NCBI GenBank assembly: GCA_964016885.1
Contig: OZ024743.1
Coordinates: 26,536,001-26,600,000 of the forward strand
Source: Eledone cirrhosa
Lineage: Eukaryota
Direction: 5' to 3'
Length of the DNA: 64,000 nucleotides
In this document: positions 52,281-64,000 of the stretch, piece by piece
How positions within the stretch are numbered: position 1 is the stretch's first letter
Layout: every line of letters begins with the position of its first letter
Notes under the pieces: model-generated
Seen by the model: only the letters and a program-made list of their open reading frames with translations
Database searches by the model: none
Told to the model about the DNA's origin: nothing
Translations under genes and position numbers: made by a program

Positions 52281-55200
52281 ATCATCATCATCATCATCAT
52301 CAGGTTTAGTGTCCGTGTTCCACGCTTGCATGGGTTTGGACGGGGGTTTTCCCACTTGAGGCAAGAGTGGTTGTCTTGCTCGCATAGGACTGTCTGGCGG
52401 GTTTTCTACAGCTGGATGCCCTTCCTAACACCAACCACATTTACAGTGTGGGGCTGGGAGGTTTTACCGTGTTGCTACACGGCCACATTTACAGCGTGGA
52501 CTGTGTGTTTTTTGTCGTGACACCTACACGATCTCATTTGTTTCGGCCTGGATGTTGTGAGACCAACATAACTTTACATTGAAAGGGGCGGTGTGGGTGG
52601 GGTGGAGGTGGTGGGACGGGGGTGTGTTTTGATAGAGATGCCTACTGACTGTAGTAGGTTTTTACTTTGTATTTAGGTAAGGCGGGTCTTCTCTATTACT
52701 GAGTACCGCCAAAGGTCTCGGTCCAGTGACATTGTCTTGGAGAGGTGTAAGTGTGTGAGGTCGGAATTTATCAGCTCGTCCCATGTTTTTCTGGGTCTGC
52801 CTACTCCGTGGCTACCGTCTATCTTTATTGCCCTGCACTTTGTTATACAGCTGTCGTCTTTCATGCGCATCACGTGACCATACCAACGTAGCCTTCTCTC
52901 GAGTAAACAACATCTGATCCCTCTTATTTCTAATTTTTTCCTTAGTTCGTTTATGCTTTGCCGTTCACGTATATTACTATTGCACATCCAGCGGAGCATG
53001 CAAGCTTCGTTCCTCTCTAGTCTGCGTATATCCTCTGCACACAATGCCCAGGTCTCACTGTTCGTATGCAGGCATCGTATAACCTGCCTTTCATTTTTAG
53101 GGAGAACCCTCTAGCGGCTAATAGTGGTATAAGCTCTCTGAACTTTTTCCATCCAGTTCTGACTCTAGCTACTGTACTTTCAGAGCACCCTCCCCCACTG
53201 CTGATTTTGTCACCCAGATAACGGAAGCTGTCCACTATTTCTATAGAACCCTCTGCGCAGTTGAAGGAGCTAGTATTTTGTGGGCACTTGCTGCTACTTA
53301 TTGCACCAGAGCACCGGCCACATGTAAAATCTATGTTCTTAGTTAGCTTACCTGTGATCCCACTACATCTTTTATGCACCCATACTTTGCATTTGGGACA
53401 TAAAATGGAGTTTCTACCTACGCCTTTCCTACACACTGAGCATGGCCATTTCCCAGATGGGACCGCCGCCTTATTTTCTTTCCTACAAACTAGAACTTTA
53501 GTCTTAGCCAGGTTAATTTTAAGGCCTTTTGATTCTAGGCCGTGCTTCCATGTTTGGAATTTCTTCTCTAGTTCTGTCATTGATTCAGCTATGAGCGTTA
53601 GATCATTTGCGTATAGGAGTTCCCATGGGCAGCCGGTCTTGAACTCCTCTGTTATAGCCTGAAGGGCAATAATAAATAGTAGGGGGCTAAGTACAGAGCC
53701 CTGATGGACACCAACTTTTACGCTAAACTCTTCACTATATTTGTTGTTAATTCTAACCTTACTGACTGTTTCTTTATACATGGCTTGTATAGCTCTCACA
53801 AGCCATTCGTCGACACCTAGTTTTCTAAGAGACCACCAGATAATGGAACGGGGGACTCTGTCGAAGGCTTTCTCCAAGTCGACGAAAGCTAAGTATAGGG
53901 GTTTACTTTTAGCTAGGTACTTCTCCTGTAGTTGTCGTACAATGAAAAGAGCGTCTGTGGTACTTTTTCCTGACACAAACCCGAACTGCATTTCATCTAG
54001 ATCAATTCTCTCTCTGATTAGTTGCGCTATTACTTTTTCTGTGACCTTCATGACCTGGTCGATTAATTTAATGCCTCTATAGTTACTCCTATCTAGGGCA
54101 TCTCCTTTTCCCTTATAGCAGTTAACGATGATGCTGCTACGCCATTCCTTCGGAACAACCCCATTCTGTACGACTTGGTTAACTATCCGGGTGACCATGG
54201 TGTGTCCCACCGAACCAGATGCCTTCAGCATCTCCGCAACTATTTCCGAAGGCCCAGCCGCCTTACCCGTCTTCATATCTTTGATTGCCTTACTTATTAT
54301 ACTACCTTCAACTAACACTGCTGGTCCCTCTATTGGATCGATCTGGGGGAGACTGTCTTTCTCCCATTTGTTCTCCTCATTTAGAAGCCTTTCGTAGTGA
54401 CACTTCCAAGCTACCTTCTTATCAGCGTCGGTGATGGCAAGTATGCCATCATCGTTAAGTACACACTTCTCCCCGACAATATCACGGTTTTCCTTGACAC
54501 ATTGCCTGGCAATCCTGAACACCTCACGTTTTTGGTCCTCACGTTGTAGAACATGCTTGAACTTTCTTTCCTCTGCTTCCCTTCTTGCGAAGTACACTTG
54601 TCTCCTAGCTTCCCTCCTGGCCACTTGATAGTCTTCTCTACTTCCCCCATCCCGCCATACTTTCCAAGCCTGCTTTTTGGCCTTAATTGACTCCTCCACC
54701 TTACTGTTCCACCACCATGTTACTCTCCTCCTACCTACAGGCCTGCTCCAGCCACAGACTTCGTCTGCCGCCGTCAGCAGGTTTGCTCTCAGGAATTCCC
54801 ACTGTTCCTCTATATTATACGACTCTAATTGCTCTTCCTTACTGTTGAAAGCGTCAGGTAATATGCTTTGAAATTTATTTCTGGCTATGGGGTCCTTTAG
54901 CTTCCATATTTTTCTCCTGAGGGTAGTCCTCTTCCGCTGTCTAGTACGTCTCGTCCTGACTATGAGGTCGCTAATTATCAGTCTATGTTGGGAGGTGAAT
55001 TCTTCATGGGGGTGGGATTTAGTGTTAACAACAGACACTCTGTCACGTCTTCTGGTAAGGATATAATCTACCTGGCTTGTGTGTTCCCCCGATCTATAGG
55101 TGATCAAATGATTGTCTCGTTTTTTGAAGTTAGTGTTACAGATAGTTAAGTTATTTGCGTCGCAGAATTCCAGGATTCTGGAGCCTTCCTCATTTCTAGT

Positions 55201-55432
55201 ACCAAACCCATAGCCTCCATGGATTCCGTCATAGCCGTCACAATGTTGTCCAACGTGACCATTTAGGTCGCCTGCAATAACTATATAGTCACTGTCAGTT
55301 ATTTGGGAGGTAGCGAGCATCAGTGTCTCGTAGAATCTGCCTTTTATAGCGCCGGGCAGTCCGGATTGGGGTGCGTACGCAGATATTACTGTCACCGTAG
55401 TTTTATTGAGGACAAGTCTTATTTTAATTTTA
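52281..55432 (-). mobile_element. 5'-truncated RTE-clade LINE (partial APE endonuclease, RT, PHD-type finger, 3'UTR, (GAT)n tail)
   Basis: APE motifs SAYAPQ, AGDLNGHVG, QVDYIL, SQHRL. RT motifs NYRGIKL, QFGF, FVDLEKAFDRV, GVHQGSVLSPLLF. Flanked by TA arrays on both sides. Confidence 0.95.
52673..55395 (-). pseudogene. Disabled RTE ORF (frameshift at ~53058; YADD changed to YAND at 53602-53613)
   Basis: The ORF is split into 53017-55395 and 52673-53044. The older copy at ~9795-9820 carries 16 extra nt at the break. A catalytic Asp is replaced by Asn. Confidence 0.85.
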
Positions 55433-55484
55433 GTATATATATATATATATATAATATATGTATATATATAATATATGTATATAT

Positions 55485-55528
<44 letters not shown>

Positions 55529-56102
55529 GTATATATATATATATAATATATGTATATATATATATATATAATATATGTATATATATATATATATATATTA
55601 TATGTATATATATATATATAATATATGTATATATGTATTATATGTATATATATATATATAATATATGTATATATGTATTATATGTATATATGTATATATA
55701 ATATATGTATATATATATTATATGTATATATATATATAATATATGTATATATATAATATATGTATATATATATATGTATATATGTATATATATATATGTA
55801 TATATGTATATATATATATGTATATATATATGTATATATATATGTATATATATATATGTATATATATATGTATATATATATATGTATATATATATGTATA
55901 TATATGTATATATATATGTATATATATATGTATATATATATGTATATATATATATATATGTGTATATATATGTGTATATATGTATATATATATGTATATA
56001 TATATGTATATATATATATATGTATATATATATGTGTATATATGTATATATATATGTATATATATGTATATATATATATATGTATATATGTATATATATA
56101 TG

Positions 56103-56135
<33 letters not shown>

Positions 56136-56318
56136 GTATATATATATATGTATATATATATGTATGTATATATATATGTATATATATATATGTATATATA
56201 TATATGTATATATATATGTATGTATATATATATGTATATATATGTATATGTATATATATATATGTATATATATATGTATGTATATATATATGTATATATA
56301 TGTATATATATATATATC

Positions 56319-56353
<35 letters not shown>

Positions 56354-56384
56354 CTATATATATATATATGTATATATATATATG

Positions 56385-56469
<85 letters not shown>

Positions 56470-56706
56470 GTATATATATATGTATATATATATATATATA
56501 TGTATATATATGTATATATATATATGTATATATATGTATATATATATATATGTATATATATGTATATATATATATATATGTATATATATGTATATATATA
56601 TATATGTATATATATATGTGTATATATATATGTATATATATATATATGTATATATATATATGTGTATATATATATATGTATATATATATATGTATATATA
56701 TATATG

Positions 56707-56737
<31 letters not shown>

Positions 56738-56766
56738 GTATATATATATGTATATATGTATATATG

Positions 56767-56797
<31 letters not shown>

Positions 56798-57024
56798 GTA
56801 TATATATGTATATATATATATGTATATATATATATATGTATATATATATGTATATATATGTATGTATATGTATGTATATATATGTATATATATATATATG
56901 TATGTATATATATATATATGTATGTATATATATGTATATATATATATATGTATGTATATATATGTATATATATATATATGTATGTATATATATGTATATA
57001 TATATATATGTATGTATATATATG

Positions 57025-57069
<45 letters not shown>

Positions 57070-57148
57070 GTATATATATATATATGTATATATATATGTA
57101 TATATATATATATATGTATATATATATGTATATGTATATATATATATG

Positions 57149-57247
<99 letters not shown>

Positions 57248-57267
57248 GTATATGTATATTATATATG

Positions 57268-57411
<144 letters not shown>

Positions 57412-57505
57412 TTTATGTATATATATATGTATATATATATATGTATATATATATATGTATATATATATATATGTATATATATATATGTGTATATATATAT
57501 ATATG

Positions 57506-57550
<45 letters not shown>

Positions 57551-57747
57551 GTATATATATATATATGTATATATATATATGTGTATATATATATATATGT
57601 ATATATATATATGTATATATATATATGTATATATATATATATGTATATATATATATGTATATATATATATATGTATATATATATATGTATATATATATAT
57701 GTATATATATTTATATGTATATATATATATATATGTATATATATATG

Positions 57748-57806
<59 letters not shown>

Positions 57807-57833
57807 GTATATATATATATGTATATATATATG

Positions 57834-57888
<55 letters not shown>

Positions 57889-57889
57889 G

Positions 57890-57962
<73 letters not shown>

Positions 57963-57965
57963 GTG

Positions 57966-57996
<31 letters not shown>

Positions 57997-58011
57997 GTAT
58001 ATATATATGTG

Positions 58012-58296
<285 letters not shown>

Positions 58297-58307
58297 GTAT
58301 ATATATG

Positions 58308-58340
<33 letters not shown>

Positions 58341-58402
58341 GTATATATATGTATATATATGTATATATATGTATATATATATATATATATATATAATGTA
58401 TA

Positions 58403-58601
<199 letters not shown>

Positions 58602-58655
58602 GTATATATATGTATATATATGTATATGTATATATATATATATGTATATATATGT

Positions 58656-58687
<32 letters not shown>

Positions 58688-58860
58688 GTATATATATGTA
58701 TATATATGTATATGTATATGTATATATATATGTATATATATGTATATGTATATGTATATATATATGTATATATATATATATGTATATGTATATATATATA
58801 TGTATATGTATATATATATGTATATATATATATATGTATATGTATATGTATATATATATG

Positions 58861-58893
<33 letters not shown>

Positions 58894-58949
58894 GTATATG
58901 TATATGTATATATATATGTATATATATATATATGTATATGTATATGTAT

Positions 58950-59047
<98 letters not shown>

Positions 59048-59511
59048 GTATTTAAGATTCATTTCTTTCCATTGGAAATTCGTTGGATTTCCAATCTTTT
59101 GGAGTGATGAAACCGTCGGTAACAGCATCTGAACAGGTGATTATTTAATCATTTTTTAATTTATTTAGAAAATTGTTTAATAACCGTTTGTTTCGCTAAT
59201 TTTATATTGTTCTGGTATCTCGAATTAGTGCCATTGAACCACATGTATTATAAACAACTTGAATATTTCTACAAGTACATTGTACCTGTTGAAGTATCCA
59301 TCCACTTCTATATGTATATATATATATATATGTATATATATGTATGTGTATATATGTATATGTGTATATGTATATATATGTATATATATATATGTGTATA
59401 TGTATATGTATATGTGTATGTGTGTATGTGTATATGTATATATTGTATGTGTGTATGTGTATATGTATATATATGTACATGTGTATGTGTGTATGTGTAT
59501 ATATATATTAT

Positions 59512-60118
59512 GTCAGGTCACCACTTGGTGCTACTGGTAACCTGTATCCCAGTACAACCTGTCCCATGGTCGGGTCGTTGGCGACTAAACTGGCAACCCC
59601 ACTAAGGTTTCTTGGTGAGGAGGGTGACTTTGGACATCCTGCAGAACTAAAAACAAAACCTGTCAAAGGGAAAAGGAGCTCTTAAGAGTCAATGGCCATC
59701 CAAAATCACCGGGAGAGATGACCCCTTAGCCTTTGTCAAGGTAGAATTCTAGGAGAAGGAAAATTCTGATATAACACCTGCAACACTGATGGTATCCAAT
59801 GATGTTGACTTGTTCTTCTTTTTGGTAAATATCATCTTGGTTAAGAGAGTGGGACTGGCTTTGTGCAGTGCCTTTGCTCACTATAAAAGCTTCACGGCAC
59901 AGGCACTGCTTTATATCTGGAGATCTCTCTGCACTTGTCGTCACATGGTACAACGGGCCTAGCACTATGTGTCAATGATTGTCACAAGTGTAGTGTTTGT
60001 ACCAGAGTTTTCAAGTCGCTGGCTGGACTAAAGTCACACTCGTTCAGCGCATAGGTAGGAGTTCTCCTACATGGATATAAAGTAGTGGCCATACTCGAAA
60101 ACGAGTTGGCAGCCACCA
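59512..60118 (+). mobile_element. ~610-bp bipartite non-autonomous RTE-derived element, copy 2
   Basis: Highly similar reverse complement of 50377-50985 with the same termini GTCAGGTCACC ... GGCAGCCACCA; sits in the TA array. Confidence 0.75.
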
Positions 60119-60147
60119 TATGTATGTATATATATATGTATATGTAT

Positions 60148-60205
<58 letters not shown>

Positions 60206-60225
60206 TATATATATATGTATATATG

Positions 60226-60256
<31 letters not shown>

Positions 60257-60257
60257 G

Positions 60258-60292
<35 letters not shown>

Positions 60293-60659
60293 GTGTATAT
60301 ATATATGTGTATATATATATATGTGTATATATATATATGTGTATATATATATGTATATATATATATGTATATATGTATATATATATATGTGTATATGTAT
60401 ATATATGTGTATATGTATATGTATATATATATGTATATGTATATATGTATATATGTATATATATATATGTGTATATATATATGTATATATATATATGTAT
60501 ATATGTATATGTATATATATATATGTGTATATGTATATATATGTGTATATGTATATATATATGTATATGTATATATGTATATATATATATGTATATATAT
60601 ATATGTATATATGTATTTGTATATATGTATATATATATATGTATATATGTATATATGTA

Positions 60660-60717
<58 letters not shown>

Positions 60718-60773
60718 TATATGTATATACATATATATATATATATGTATATATATAGATATATGTATATATG

Positions 60774-60808
<35 letters not shown>

Positions 60809-60851
60809 ATATATGTATATATGTATATATGTATATATATGTATATATGTA

Positions 60852-60882
<31 letters not shown>

Positions 60883-61061
60883 ATATGTATATATATATAT
60901 ATTTATATGTATATATGTATATATATGTATATATATATATATATGTATATATGTATATATATATATATGTATATATGTATATATATATGTATATATATAT
61001 ATATGTATATATGTATATATATGTATATATGTATATATATGTATATATATGTATATATATG

Positions 61062-61094
<33 letters not shown>

Positions 61095-61255
61095 GTATAT
61101 ATATGTATATATATATATATGTATATGTATATATATGTATATATGTATATATATATATGTATATATATGTATATATGTATATATATGTATATATGTATAT
61201 ATATGTATATATATGTATATATATGTATATATATGTATATATATGTATATATATG

Positions 61256-61374
<119 letters not shown>

Positions 61375-62241
61375 GTATATATATGTATATATATGTATAT
61401 ATGTATATATGTATATATATGTATATATATGTATATATATATGTATATATATGTATATATGTATGTATATATGTATATATATGTATGTATATATGTATAT
61501 ATATGTATGTATATATGTATATATATGTATATATATGTATATATATATGTATATATGTATATATATATATATGTATATATATGTATATATATGTATATAT
61601 ATATGTATATATGTATATATTTAAATATATATATATGTATATATGTATATATGTATATATATATATGTGTATATATATATATATGTATATGTATATGCAT
61701 ATGTATATGTATATGCATATATATATGTATATGTATATGTATATATATATATGTGTATATATATATATATATATATGTATATGTATATGTATATATATAT
61801 GTATATGTATATATATATGTATATGTGTATATATATGTATATGTGTATATATATGTATATGTGTATATATATGTATATGTATATATATATATGTATATGT
61901 ATCTATATATGTATATGTATCTGTATATGTATCTATATATGTATATGTATCTGTATATGTATCTATATATGTATATGTATCTATATATGTATATGTATCT
62001 GTATATGTATATGTATATGTATATATATGCATATGTATATGTATATGTATATATATATATGTATATGTATATGCATATATATATGTATATGTATATATAT
62101 ATGTATCTGAATATGTATATGTATATATATATGTATATGTATATATATATGTATATGTATATATATATATGTATATATATATGTATGTGTATATATATAT
62201 ATATATGTATATATATGTATATATATATATATATGTATATG

Positions 62242-62272
<31 letters not shown>

Positions 62273-62285
62273 GTATATGTATATG

Positions 62286-62316
<31 letters not shown>

Positions 62317-62350
62317 GTATATGTATATATATGTATATGTATGTATATGT

Positions 62351-62382
<32 letters not shown>

Positions 62383-62395
62383 GTATATATATATG

Positions 62396-62426
<31 letters not shown>

Positions 62427-62427
62427 G

Positions 62428-62482
<55 letters not shown>

Positions 62483-62881
62483 GTATATGTATATATATAT
62501 GTATATGTATGTATATATATATATGTATATATATATGTATATGTATGTATATATGTATATGTATGTATGTATATATGTATGTATATATATATGTGTATGT
62601 ATGTATATATGTGTATGTATGTATATATATATGTGCATGTATGTATATATATATGTGTATGTGTGTATATATATATGTGTATGTATGTATATGTATGTAT
62701 ATGTATGTATATGTATGTATATATATATGTATGTATATATATATGTATATGTATGTATATATATATGTATGTATATATATATGTATATGTATGTATATAT
62801 GTATATGTATGTATATATGTATATGTATGTATATATGTATATATGTATATGTATGTATATATATAATATATATATATATAT

Positions 62882-63692
<811 letters not shown>

Positions 63693-63889
63693 TTCATAAA
63701 CCTATATATGTATATATATATATATGTATGCATGTGTCAGATGTACATGTGCGTTAAGTGTGTCTATATATACGTAAATGTTTATATGGGTGTGTAGATG
63801 TATATATATATTTATGTGCATAGGGTTTGTAAAAGTTATGTTAGAAGTCTCTGTAATGGTATACATGATTGTATGCATGTGTTGAGAAT

Positions 63890-64000
63890 GTTGGTGGTCC
63901 CTAAGGAAACTAGGCATAGAGGAATGACTTGTGAGGACAGTGCAAGCTATGTACAGAGGAGGTGTCAGTAAAGTGAGAGTAGGAATGGAGTTTTGTGAGG
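63890..64000 (+). mobile_element. RTE RT fragment running off the window end
   Basis: WWSLRKLGIEE*LVRTVQAMYRGGVSKVRV matches the RTE ORF WWSLRKLGVDEWLVRAIQAMY. Confidence 0.8.

Overview
AT-rich animal genomic DNA with spliceosomal introns. The SINE/RTE repertoire and giant (TA)n arrays fit an octopod cephalopod best, but that is inference. Three host genes are supported. (1) An intronless TPBG/5T4-like LRR transmembrane gene (3031-4224, minus). (2) A six-exon, phase-consistent C2H2 zinc-finger gene (10902-26671, plus; 1566 aa, 10 fingers). (3) The 44-nt first coding exon of a BLTP3/UHRF1BP1-family lipid-transfer gene (40751-40794, plus), which the ORF track misses. The rest is mostly transposon-derived: tRNA/CORE and Meta-type SINEs, hAT and piggyBac MITEs, a non-autonomous Helitron, and CR1- and CRE-clade LINE relics. 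After a 200-N gap lies a ~16.7 kb TA/TG array. It holds a 5'-truncated RTE LINE with an embedded PHD-type finger, two RTE 3' fragments, and two inverted full-length copies of a ~610 bp bipartite RTE-derived element whose 5' end resembles an HDV-like ribozyme fold. The most interesting signals are this TA-associated RTE/SINE/bipartite-element system and near-perfect intronic hairpins formed from RTE tails inside the zinc-finger gene. The long Y/I/M/C ORFs are microsatellite artefacts.
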